A DNA stretch of 64,000 nucleotides from positions 73,947-137,946 of the forward strand of contig JBGQHJ010000001.1 of NCBI GenBank assembly GCA_041497895.1. The letters run 5' to 3'. Below are positions 55,948-64,000 of this stretch, one piece after another. The translations under genes and the position numbers were made by a program. The stretch comes from Candidatus Methylomirabilia bacterium (lineage in GTDB: Bacteria > Methylomirabilota > Methylomirabilia > Rokubacteriales > CSP1-6). Every line of letters starts with the position of its first letter. The stretch's first letter is position 1. The notes beneath the pieces were generated by a model that made no database searches, had not been told where the DNA came from, and saw only the letters and a list, made by a program, of their open reading frames with translations.

Positions 55948-57195
55948 ATGGCGACCCACCACCTCGCGGCCAGCGACAAGACGGTGCACTGGGGCTACTT
56001 CAGCCGGCGGCAGCCGCCGGTGCTCGAGGTGAGCTCGGGCGACCGCGTGACCATCGAGACGTTGACCCATCACGCCAACGACGACGCGGCCCGCATGATC
56101 CAGGACGACCCGGGCGCGGAGAGCGTCTATCGCTGGGACCGCCACGGCAAGTCGGTGGACCGCCGCGGGGCCGGGCCGGTCGAGCCCGGGCGCTTCCGTC
56201 GCGGCGCGGGCGAGGGGCTCGGCGTGCACATCTGCACCGGCCCGGTGGCGGTGCGCGGGGCCGAGCCGGGCGACGTGCTCGAGGTCCACATCGTCGACGT
56301 GGCGCTCCGCCCCTGTGCCAACCCGCGATTTCCGGGCCGCGCCTTCGGCAGCAACGCGGCCGCGTGGTGGGGCTTCCACTACTCGGACCTGCTCGAGGAC
56401 CCGAAGCCGCGCGAGGTGATCACGATCTACGAAATGGACACGTCCGGCGCGCGCGGCTGGGCCGAGGCGGTCTACAGCTTCCGCTGGACGCCGCAGGTCG
56501 ACCCGGCCGGGGTCGTGCACCCGACCATCGACTACCCGGGAGTGCCGGTGGACCACCGCACCGTGCAGGAGCGGCACGGCGTGCTCCGCGGGGTGCGGGT
56601 GCCGGTGCGGCCGCACTTCGGGGTGATCGGCCTGGCGCCCGCCGAGGCCGACTACGTCAACACGATCCCGCCCCACTACGTGGGCGGCAACATCGACGAC
56701 TGGCGCATCGGCCGGGGCACCCGGATGTACTACCCGGTGGCGGTGCCGGGCGCGCTGCTCTCCGCGGGAGATCCGCACGCCTCCCAGGGCGACTCCGAGC
56801 TGTGCGGCACCGCGATCGAGTGCTCGCTCACCGGCACCTTCGAGCTCGTGCTGCACAAGCGCGACCGCCTGGCCGGCACGCCCCTCGAGGGCCTCGACTA
56901 TCCGCTGCTCGAGACCGCGGAGGAGTGGGTCGTCCACGGCTTCAGCTTCCCGCGCTTCCTCACCGACCTGGGGCCGGACGCGCAGGACACCGTCTTCGTG
57001 CGCTCGTCGGTGGACCTGGCCATGCGCGATGCTTTCCGCAAGGCGCGGCACTTCCTCATGACCACCCGCGGGCTCAGCGAGGACGAGGCGATCTCGCTGC
57101 TCTCGGTCGGCGTGGACTTCGGCGTCACCCAGGTCGTGGACGGCAACTGGGGCGTCCACGGCATCATCAAGAAGAGCCTCTTCGCCGCCTCCTGA
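55948..57195 (+). CDS. Acetamidase/formamidase family protein
   Basis: VHWGYF, HICTGPV.V.GAEPGD, GGNID, GDPHASQGDSE..GTAIE, TQVVDGNWGVH. Confidence 0.88.
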   Translation: MATHHLAASDKTVHWGYFSRRQPPVLEVSSGDRVTIETLTHHANDDAARMIQDDPGAESVYRWDRHGKSVDRRGAGPVEPGRFRRGAGEGLGVHICTGPVAVRGAEPGDVLEVHIVDVALRPCANPRFPGRAFGSNAAAWWGFHYSDLLEDPKPREVITIYEMDTSGARGWAEAVYSFRWTPQVDPAGVVHPTIDYPGVPVDHRTVQERHGVLRGVRVPVRPHFGVIGLAPAEADYVNTIPPHYVGGNIDDWRIGRGTRMYYPVAVPGALLSAGDPHASQGDSELCGTAIECSLTGTFELVLHKRDRLAGTPLEGLDYPLLETAEEWVVHGFSFPRFLTDLGPDAQDTVFVRSSVDLAMRDAFRKARHFLMTTRGLSEDEAISLLSVGVDFGVTQVVDGNWGVHGIIKKSLFAAS

Positions 57196-57202
57196 CACCC
57201 GC

Positions 57203-57616
57203 TCAGCGCGTCGGGGCGGGGGCCGGAGGAGCCGGAGGCGCGGGCGGCGGCGGCGGAGGGGGCGGCCCGGCCGGAGGCGCCGGGATCCGCGCCGGGGCGG
57301 TGCCGGGCGCGCTCGCGGGCGGTCCCGAGCAGCGGAACACCTCCGCGTAGACCGTCGACAGGTCCTCGGAGCCGCCGAAGGACAGCAGCGCGGTGTTGCC
57401 GCCCATCTTCACGATCTTCCGCCGCAGGTCCTTGACCGAGTCGTCGTGCACCGAGCCGATGCGGCCGCAGCCGTGGGTGAGCCCGGGGTCGGTCGTGAGC
57501 CGCACGCGCGCCATCGCGATCTTCTCGAGGTCCTGCGCGCGCGCGCCGGGCGCGAGTGGCGCGCTCCACATCAACAGCACTCCCGCCAGTCCCATCACCG
57601 TCGCCCGCGTCTTCAT
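57203..57616 (-). CDS. Hypothetical exported protein with Pro-rich tail
   Basis: Signal peptide, Cys pair, poly-Pro C-terminus. Confidence 0.65.
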   Translation of the reverse strand: MKTRATVMGLAGVLLMWSAPLAPGARAQDLEKIAMARVRLTTDPGLTHGCGRIGSVHDDSVKDLRRKIVKMGGNTALLSFGGSEDLSTVYAEVFRCSGPPASAPGTAPARIPAPPAGPPPPPPPPAPPAPPAPAPTR

Positions 57617-57653
57617 GGCCATCTCCCGGGTCGTGCTATATGCTGTCTTCGCC

Positions 57654-59021
57654 ATGATACCCGAGCGTCGGCGCCCCGTCCGCCTCGCGTTCCGGCTGGT
57701 CCTGGCCCTGGTCGTCCTCTCGGTGGTGGCCGTCGCGGCCGCCCAGCAGCCGGTGCAGACCCCGCTGCTGCTCATGGTCTCGATCGACGGGCTCCGCCCC
57801 GATCACGTGACCGCGGCCGACGCCCACGGTCTCAAGGTCCCCAACCTGCGCCGATTCCTCGCCGAGGGCGCCTACGCCGAGGGCGTGCAGGGGGTCATTC
57901 CCACCGTGACCTATCCGAGCCACACCACGCTGATCACCGGCGTGTGGCCGGCGCGGCACGGCATCCTCGCCAACGTGGTGTTCGATCCGCTGCGCGAGAA
58001 CCAGAGCGGCTGGTACTGGTACGCGGAGGACATCCGGGTGCCCACCCTCTGGGACGCCGCGGCCCGGGCCGGGCTCAGCACCGCCAGCGTGCAGTGGCCG
58101 GTGAGCGTGGGCGCGCGCGTGACGTGGAACATCCCCGAGTTCTGGCGGGCGGGCAGCGCGGACGATGCGAAGCTCCTGCGCGCGGTCTCGACCCCGGGGC
58201 TCCTCGCCGAGCTCGAGCCGGACCTGGGCCCGTACCCGCGCGCGCTCACGGTGGAGTCGGACGAGCAGCGTGGGCGCTACGCGGCCCGCATCCTCGAGAA
58301 GAAGCGGCCGAACCTGCTCACCCTGCACCTGATCGCCCTCGATCACGCCGAGCACGGGAGCGGCCCCGGCAGCGCGGAGAGCCTGGCGGTGCTCGAGCGC
58401 CTCGACGCGGTCGTCGGCACCCTGCGCACCGTCGCGGAGACGGTTTCGCCCGGGCGCGCCTACGTGGCCATCGTCTCCGACCACGGCTTCGCGCGCACCA
58501 CGATGCAGCTCAACCTGATCGGGGAGTTCCGCCGGGCCGGTCTCTTCACGGTGAGCGCCCAGGGCAAGGTCACCGACTGGCAAGCGATGCCGTGGACCGC
58601 GGGGGGCTCGATCGCGGTGATGCTGAAGGACCCGGCGGACGCGGCCACGCTCGCGAAGGTACGCGAGCTGCTCGATCGCCTCGCCGCGGATCCGGCCAAC
58701 GGCATCGACCGGGTGCTCGACGCGGCGGCCCTGCGCGACCGCGGCGGGTTCCCGGGCGCGGCCTTCGTCGTCGGTCTCAAGCCCGACTGGCAGTCCGGCT
58801 CGAGCCTGAACGGGCCGCTCACCGCCGAGGCCGGAGTGGGCGGCATGCACGGTCACCTGCCCGACCTCCCGGACATGCGGGCATCGTTCTTCCTGGTCGG
58901 CCCCGGTGTGCCGGCGGGCCGCTCGCTCGGGCTCATCGACATGCGCGACATCGCGACGACCCTCGCGCGTCGTCTGGATCTCTCACTGCCCTCGGCGGAG
59001 GGAAAGGTGCTCTTGCCGTGA
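57654..59021 (+). CDS. Ectonucleotide pyrophosphatase/phosphodiesterase (alkaline phosphatase superfamily)
   Basis: SIDG, PTVTYPSH.T..TG..P..HGI..N, D...H, SDHGF, HG. Confidence 0.9.
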   Translation: MIPERRRPVRLAFRLVLALVVLSVVAVAAAQQPVQTPLLLMVSIDGLRPDHVTAADAHGLKVPNLRRFLAEGAYAEGVQGVIPTVTYPSHTTLITGVWPARHGILANVVFDPLRENQSGWYWYAEDIRVPTLWDAAARAGLSTASVQWPVSVGARVTWNIPEFWRAGSADDAKLLRAVSTPGLLAELEPDLGPYPRALTVESDEQRGRYAARILEKKRPNLLTLHLIALDHAEHGSGPGSAESLAVLERLDAVVGTLRTVAETVSPGRAYVAIVSDHGFARTTMQLNLIGEFRRAGLFTVSAQGKVTDWQAMPWTAGGSIAVMLKDPADAATLAKVRELLDRLAADPANGIDRVLDAAALRDRGGFPGAAFVVGLKPDWQSGSSLNGPLTAEAGVGGMHGHLPDLPDMRASFFLVGPGVPAGRSLGLIDMRDIATTLARRLDLSLPSAEGKVLLP

Positions 59022-59494
59022 GGCCCGGGCCCGTGAAGACGCTGGCGCTGGCCGCGATCGGGGTGGTCACCGCCGTCGCGATCGCGAGCGCCCAGGTGCC
59101 CATCCGCATGCGGGGGACGATCGCCCGGGTGTCGGGTCAGACCCTCACGATCGCTTCGCGCGACAGCTCGACCGTCGATGTGCGCCTGGCCGACAACGCC
59201 GGGGTGACGGCGGTGGTGCCTGCGGCCCTCTCCGACATCAAGCCCGGCGTCTTCGTTGGGGCCGCCGCGCTGCCCCAGCCGGCCGGAGTCTTCCGCGCCC
59301 AGGAGGTGCTGACCTTCCCCGAGTCGGGACGCGGCACCGGGGAGGGCCACTACCCGTGGGATCTCTCCCCCGGGGACAGGACCATGCCGCCGTCGGGGGC
59401 TCACGTCTTCGTCCCGGCCCAGCAGCATCCCGACGGGGTCGTGACCGCCGCGTGCGTGCTGGTGGGGAAGGACGGGCTCGTCCCGCCGATGTAG
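59018..59494 (+). CDS. Hypothetical exported protein (DUF5666-like), apparently internally deleted
   Basis: RGTI, DIKPG.FVG, GEGHYPWDL, VGKDGLVPPM C-terminus. Confidence 0.65.
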   Translation: MRPGPVKTLALAAIGVVTAVAIASAQVPIRMRGTIARVSGQTLTIASRDSSTVDVRLADNAGVTAVVPAALSDIKPGVFVGAAALPQPAGVFRAQEVLTFPESGRGTGEGHYPWDLSPGDRTMPPSGAHVFVPAQQHPDGVVTAACVLVGKDGLVPPM

Positions 59495-59518
59495 GGCCGA
59501 TCCGGGGCCGCGGTGCGC

Positions 59519-59827
59519 TCAGCGCGCGCGCCAGTGGCCCTCGACCCAGAGGTACCCGCCCTCGCGCGGCGTCCAGCCACCCGGCACCCAGACGTAGCCG
59601 GGGGAGGCCGGCACTTCCCAGTGTCCGGGAACCCACACGTAGTGATCATGGTGCCAGCCCCAGTGCCCGGCGATCCACACGTGGGCCGGGCTCGGCGCCA
59701 CCGGAGCGATCTCCACTCGGACCGGCGGAGGTGGCGGGGGCCGCCTCACGACCACCGGCCGCGCGATGACGCAGCCGGCCATCAGCAACGCGACGGCCGA
59801 GAGGGCAAGTAGCCGGTGAGTTTTCAT
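59519..59827 (-). CDS. YXWGXW/WXXGXW-repeat lipoprotein
   Basis: MAGC lipobox; four WxxGxW repeats. Confidence 0.82.
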   Translation of the reverse strand: MKTHRLLALSAVALLMAGCVIARPVVVRRPPPPPPVRVEIAPVAPSPAHVWIAGHWGWHHDHYVWVPGHWEVPASPGYVWVPGGWTPREGGYLWVEGHWRAR

Positions 59828-59832
59828 GACGA

Positions 59833-59862
59833 TTGGACGGGACGGGAGCCGGAACCGTTTAC
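59833..59862 (-). promoter_or_regulatory. Candidate ECF sigma promoter GTAAAC-N17-CGTCCAA (leaderless)
   Basis: Same motif as 18893-18922; ends 5 nt before the ATG. Confidence 0.55.
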
Positions 59863-59983
59863 CGGGACCGGGCCTCCCCGCGACGTTTTTTCCTCCTCCG
59901 ATCCGGCCCGCGGCGGTGCCGTCCGCGACCGGGAATCCCGCGTGGAGCCCTCCGCATCCCAACCGCGTGGGAGGCGAGACACC

Positions 59984-60478
59984 ATGACCGAACGGCTGAG
60001 CGCGATCACCACGCCAATTGCCGAGCCCATCACCGGCCGCGAGGACCTGGGCGACCTGGGTCGTCCCGAGCAGGCGCTCGCCCAATTCTACCGTGGGCTG
60101 AACGGGCGCGACCTCGCGCTATTGGCGGAGAACTGGGAGCCGTCCAGTGACGCGGTGATGGACAACCCGCTGGGTGGCATCTCGCGCGGCTGGGAGGCCA
60201 TCCGCGCGATCTACGAGCGTCTCTTCGCGAGTGACAGCCGTCTCTTCGTCGAGTTCCACGACTACACCATCCACCGGGCGGACTCGATCTTCTACGCGGT
60301 GGGCCGCGAGCGGGGGCGCTTCGAGCGCGGCTCCGTCGCGCTCGATCTGGCGATCCGCACCACGCGCATCTTCCGCCGCGTGGGCGGCCGCTGGCGGCAG
60401 GTCCATCACCACGGCTCGATCGAGGATCCGGCCCTGCTCGGCGCGTACCGGCAGGCGGTGTTGCCCGCCGCGCGCTGA
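59984..60478 (+). CDS. SnoaL/NTF2-like (DUF4440) protein
   Basis: NPLGGI.RGW..I, VGRERG, RTTRIF, WRQVHHHGS. Confidence 0.83.
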   Translation: MTERLSAITTPIAEPITGREDLGDLGRPEQALAQFYRGLNGRDLALLAENWEPSSDAVMDNPLGGISRGWEAIRAIYERLFASDSRLFVEFHDYTIHRADSIFYAVGRERGRFERGSVALDLAIRTTRIFRRVGGRWRQVHHHGSIEDPALLGAYRQAVLPAAR

Positions 60479-60499
60479 CCCATCCGGGGAGGACGATCC

Positions 60500-60967
60500 A
60501 TGCAGGCAAGAGTCGACCTGAACAAGATTTCCCCCGCCGCCTACAAGGCGATGGCCGGTCTCGAGGGTTTCGTGAAGGACTCGGGCCTCGAGCCGCCGCT
60601 GCTGGAGCTGGTGAGGATGCGCGCCTCGCAGATCAACGGCTGCGCCTACTGTCTCGACATGCACAGCAAGGACGCGCGCGCGGCGGGCGAGACCGAGCAG
60701 CGGCTCTACGAGCTCGACGCGTGGCGCGAGACCCCCTTCTACAGCGAGCGGGAGCGCGCGGCGCTCGTGTGGACGGAGGCGCTCACGCTCGTGCACGAGA
60801 CCCACGCGCCGGACGACGTCTACGAGGAGGTCCGCAAGCGCTTCACCGAGGAGGAGGTGGTGAGCCTGACCGCCGCCATCGTGTCGATCAACGGCTGGAA
60901 CCGGCTCTGCATCGGCTTCCGCGCGGTGCCCGGCACCTACCAGCCGGCGCGCAAGCACGGGGCCTGA
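60500..60967 (+). CDS. Carboxymuconolactone decarboxylase / AhpD family protein
   Basis: ELVRMRASQINGCAYCLDMH, INGWNR. Confidence 0.92.
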   Translation: MQARVDLNKISPAAYKAMAGLEGFVKDSGLEPPLLELVRMRASQINGCAYCLDMHSKDARAAGETEQRLYELDAWRETPFYSERERAALVWTEALTLVHETHAPDDVYEEVRKRFTEEEVVSLTAAIVSINGWNRLCIGFRAVPGTYQPARKHGA

Positions 60968-60972
60968 CGCCC

Positions 60973-61725
60973 CTACTGGGCGAGGAAGCCGCCGTCGACC
61001 GCGAGCACGTGCCCGCTGACGAACTCGGAGGCGGCGGAGGCGAGCCACACCACCGCCTCCGCCACTTCCTCGGGCCGGCCCAGGCGGCCGAGGGGCAGGC
61101 CGCGGGCGACCTCGCTCATGTCCGCGATCCCGGAAGCGAGCATCATCGCGGTGCGGACCCGGCCGGGGGAGACCGCGTTGACCCGGATGTTCCGTGGCCC
61201 GTACTCCATGGCCGCGGAGCGGGTGAGCGAGATCACCGCGGCCTTGGACGCCGAGTAGAGCGCGAGGCCGGGGTTTGGATTGCGCGCGCCGCTCACCGAG
61301 GCATTGTTGACGATGACGCCTCCGCCCGCCTCCAGCATGTGGCGAATCTCGTGCTGCATGCAGAGCAGCACCGCGCGCACGTTGACGCCGAACACGTGGT
61401 CGTAGAGCCCGGGGTCGAGCCCGCCCAGCGGGGTGCGCGGCTCCTGGACGCCCGCGTTGTTGAAGGCGATGGTCACCGGCCCGACGCGCCGGCGCGCGGC
61501 CTCGAAGAGCGCCTCGATCTGCCTCGGGTCCGAGAGGTCGGCGCGGACGAAGGTGGCCCGGCCTCCCGCCGCTTCGACCAGCGCGGCGGTCTCCTCACCC
61601 TCCGGCACCCGCCGGCCCGCCACCACCACCCGGGCGCCGCCGCGCCCGAGCGCGATCGCGGCGGCGCGGCCGATCCCGCTGCCGCCGCCGGTGACGAGCG
61701 CGACCCGGTTGTCCAGGTCGCTCAC
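60973..61725 (-). CDS. SDR family oxidoreductase
   Basis: TGGGSGIG, NNAG, YSASK, VDGG; GTGA overlap with TetR gene. Confidence 0.9.
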   Translation of the reverse strand: MSDLDNRVALVTGGGSGIGRAAAIALGRGGARVVVAGRRVPEGEETAALVEAAGGRATFVRADLSDPRQIEALFEAARRRVGPVTIAFNNAGVQEPRTPLGGLDPGLYDHVFGVNVRAVLLCMQHEIRHMLEAGGGVIVNNASVSGARNPNPGLALYSASKAAVISLTRSAAMEYGPRNIRVNAVSPGRVRTAMMLASGIADMSEVARGLPLGRLGRPEEVAEAVVWLASAASEFVSGHVLAVDGGFLAQ

Positions 61726-62336
61726 GCCGCGGCGCCCGAGACCGCGCGCACGCAGAATGCGACGATGGCGTCCACCTGTTGAGGGCCGTCGCGGCCGATC
61801 TGCCCACTCGGCGCCAGCGGCCCCACCAGGCCCGCGAGCAGGGCGCCCACGACGCAGGCGGCGGAGGCCTCCACGTCCTGCCGGGGGAGCTCGCCGGCCT
61901 GGACGCCGTCCTCCAGGATGCCTGCGATCGAGCGGCCGAGGTCGCGCCGATAGCGCAGACGTGCTTCGTCCACCGCCGGCTCGGCCGGCTCGGCGATCAG
62001 GGCATTGGCCAGGCGCCCGCTCCGGAGGGCCCGGCTCGCGAAGGTGCGGAGGGCGTCGGCCAGGCGCCGGAGGGCGGGGCCTCCCGACTCGGCGATGTGG
62101 TCGACGATGCCGACCTCTCGGCGAGAGACGGCGCTGACGACCTCCGCGAAGAGGTCGGCCTTCGAGGGGAAGTGACGGTAGATGGTGCCGACCCCGACCT
62201 CGGCCATGGCCGCCACTGCCGCGATCTGGGCTTCGCGGAAGCCTCCCTCGGTGACCAGCCGGCGCGCGGTAGCCAGGATGTGCTCCCGGTCGCTTGCCAG
62301 GCGGGCCTCGACCTTGTCGGTTCGTCGGTAGGGCAT
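61722..62336 (-). CDS. TetR/AcrR family transcriptional regulator
   Basis: IL..A..L..EGG......VA..A.VGVGTIYRHFPSK.DL. Confidence 0.92.
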   Translation of the reverse strand: MPYRRTDKVEARLASDREHILATARRLVTEGGFREAQIAAVAAMAEVGVGTIYRHFPSKADLFAEVVSAVSRREVGIVDHIAESGGPALRRLADALRTFASRALRSGRLANALIAEPAEPAVDEARLRYRRDLGRSIAGILEDGVQAGELPRQDVEASAACVVGALLAGLVGPLAPSGQIGRDGPQQVDAIVAFCVRAVSGAAA

Positions 62337-62337
62337 G

Positions 62338-62390
62338 ATCGGAATCGAGGTTCCGTCCTTGGTGAAGGATAGAACCACTGTTCCGACCTT
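62338..62390. promoter_or_regulatory. Tandem putative TetR operators
   Basis: CGGAA-N6-TTCCG (62340-62355) and AGAA-N6-TTCCG (62371-62385), between TTGACA (minus, 62397-62392) and the ATG. Confidence 0.55.
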
Positions 62391-62414
62391 GTGTCAACCG
62401 GCTGAAAGGCTGGG

Positions 62415-63047
62415 CTACTCCGGATCGGCCATCAGCCGGAGGGTCACGCGGCGCTTCTTCGCGTCGGGTATGCCGCCGACAGCGATCGGGCCGAGGCTTG
62501 CGGCCTGGATCCGGGAGAGCTGGATGCCCTTGTCCATCAGGAAGCGCCGCACCGCGTCCACCCGGCGCTGGCTCAGCCCGTAGTTGTAGTCGAGCGCCCC
62601 GCGGGGATCGGTGTAGCCCCCAAGCTCCACGGTGAGGGTGGGGTTGGTCTCCATCTCCCGGACGACCGCGATCAGGGCGGTCTGCGCGGCGTCGGTGAGC
62701 TCGATGCTGTCGGGGGCGAAGTAGACCTCGAGGCTGTCCGCCGGCTTCTGGTTGAAGCGGTTCGTCCAGAGGCGGGTGAGGCGGCCGTCCACGCCCTCCG
62801 CCTTCTTCATCGCCTCATCGGCGCGTCCCTGTGCGGCCCCGACGCCGCCCTCCAGGCGCTGAACCTTGCCGCCAACCTGGTCGAGGCGCTGGTTCATCTC
62901 GTTCATCCGGCCTTCGACGGCGGCGACGCGGTCGTCCACGCTTGCGTCCCGGGTCGGCACCGGGGTGTAGGCGGGCTGGCTCGCCGCGCATCCTCCGAAG
63001 AGCGCGAAGCCGGCGAGGAGCGGCAGGCCGGGCAGCCGCGATCGCAT
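62415..63047 (-). CDS. OmpA-family lipoprotein with coiled-coil segment
   Basis: FGGC lipobox; GYTD..G..DYN..LSQRR...V; RRV. Confidence 0.87.
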   Translation of the reverse strand: MRSRLPGLPLLAGFALFGGCAASQPAYTPVPTRDASVDDRVAAVEGRMNEMNQRLDQVGGKVQRLEGGVGAAQGRADEAMKKAEGVDGRLTRLWTNRFNQKPADSLEVYFAPDSIELTDAAQTALIAVVREMETNPTLTVELGGYTDPRGALDYNYGLSQRRVDAVRRFLMDKGIQLSRIQAASLGPIAVGGIPDAKKRRVTLRLMADPE

Positions 63048-63052
63048 GATGG

Positions 63053-63466
63053 TTACCGGGTGGCGGGGGCCGGGTGGCCGGTGATCCGGGTCGTGGAGAC
63101 CTCGGTCCACGTGTAGTACCAGCCTTCGTAGATGAGCACCTGCAGCGCGCTGTCCTGCTTCTCGTAGACCTGGGTCGTGCCCTTGTCCGCCGAGGTGGTG
63201 GAGGACACGTGGCGCCAGCCGTTGGCTTCCAGCGAGGTCCGGTACGCGACCGCGAGGCTGTCCGGCTTGACGCGGCTCTTGTAGAAGAGCCGGGCCGCCT
63301 TCACGGTGGGCGACTCGATGATGGTGGTCCGGCTCGAGTCCAGGGTGAGGCCTGCGGGCACCGGGACGTCCTCGAACTCGCTCCGCTGCGGCCGCGCGGG
63401 GCCGGACGATGAGGCGCACGACGCCAGGGTGAACACGAGAGCAAAGAGGATGAGGACACGCGCCAT
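63053..63466 (-). CDS. Hypothetical lipoprotein
   Basis: RBS AAGGAGG; LASC lipobox; FEDVPVP. Confidence 0.8.
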   Translation of the reverse strand: MARVLILFALVFTLASCASSSGPARPQRSEFEDVPVPAGLTLDSSRTTIIESPTVKAARLFYKSRVKPDSLAVAYRTSLEANGWRHVSSTTSADKGTTQVYEKQDSALQVLIYEGWYYTWTEVSTTRITGHPAPATR

Positions 63467-63614
63467 GGACGAACCTCCTTGAAGGGGCAGCAAGTAGTGT
63501 GCCGCGCCTGGAGCGGCGGATAACGGTCCGTCATCTCGCGACGTGCCCGCCGCGGCCGTCCAGGGCATGAGTAAGACTTACACCCTCGCCGGGAACTTTT
63601 GTAGTATGGGCTCG

Positions 63615-64000
63615 ATGACGAGCCGCCGATCCCTGGTCCTGGCGCTGCTCTGCGCGATCGCGGCCCTCGTCGCCGGGTGCGGACGGGGGGATGGCAAGCC
63701 GACCGCGATCAAGGTGGTCATCGCGGAGTATAGCAAGGATCACACCCGACCCTTCTGGCTGAGCCTCGCCGAGCAGTACACCAAGCAGACCGGGGTGAAG
63801 GTGGATCTGCAGGTGATCGACTGGAACTCCATCGACCAGCAGGTCAGCACCATGATCCAGAACAACCAGCCGCCCGACGTGCTCAACCTCAATTCGTTCT
63901 CGAGCTACGCCAAGGACGGACTGCTCTACTCGGCGGACGAGGCGCTCTCGCCGAAGACGCGCGACGACTTCCTCGAGGCCTTCGCGCGCGGCGGCACCTA
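63615..64000 (+). CDS. Sugar-type ABC substrate-binding lipoprotein (partial, runs off window end)
   Basis: MTSRRSLVLALLCAIAALVAGC lipobox; G.KVDLQVIDW...PPDVLN; not in ORF track. Confidence 0.8.
   Translation, partial: MTSRRSLVLALLCAIAALVAGCGRGDGKPTAIKVVIAEYSKDHTRPFWLSLAEQYTKQTGVKVDLQVIDWNSIDQQVSTMIQNNQPPDVLNLNSFSSYAKDGLLYSADEALSPKTRDDFLEAFARGGT

Noticed and set aside
53674..57195. Very long ORF-track fusions (53674-57195, 32048-34840, 22921-25458, 9889-11805, 43238-45235)
   Set aside because: The N-terminal extensions are off-frame or antisense to real genes; true starts are internal
57225..57300. G-rich low-complexity run as a DNA repeat element
   Set aside because: Explained by the poly-Pro/Ala tail of the minus-strand CDS
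60500..60967. AhpD-like protein as a second selenoprotein
   Set aside because: Its CxxC is encoded by TGC/TGT; no in-frame TGA
1..64000. CRISPR array, tRNA, rRNA, integrase or transposase
   Set aside because: No regularly spaced repeats, tRNA/rRNA signatures or recombinase motifs recognised by eye

Overview
A gene-dense, very GC-rich bacterial window with about 70 CDS. The many family-5 and branched-chain ABC solute-binding proteins, LLM/SDR/cupin enzymes and small Pro-rich exported proteins suggest a soil organism such as Ca. Rokubacteria/Methylomirabilota; this is inference, not tested. The content is mostly accessory catabolism and transport, plus upp, an endonuclease IV-like gene, a YcaQ-like glycosylase, tam and a GntR-dihydropyrimidinase-ABC-amidase operon. 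I saw no rRNA, tRNA, CRISPR array, transposase or phage genes. The strongest hidden signal is a probable selenoprotein missed by the ORF track: a glutaredoxin-like U-x-x-C domain fused to a DinB-like domain (27998-28741, minus strand), with an in-frame TGA followed by a bacterial SECIS-like hairpin. Other signals: an adjacent island of six tiny exported or lipoprotein ORFs, a 165-nt element closed by a 41-bp stem, a ~280-nt structured leader or sRNA with a terminator, two identical ECF-type promoter motifs, and two intrastrand-triplex (boxC-like) repeats, one of them translated inside a gene. All functional calls come from motif recognition by eye; no database searches were run.
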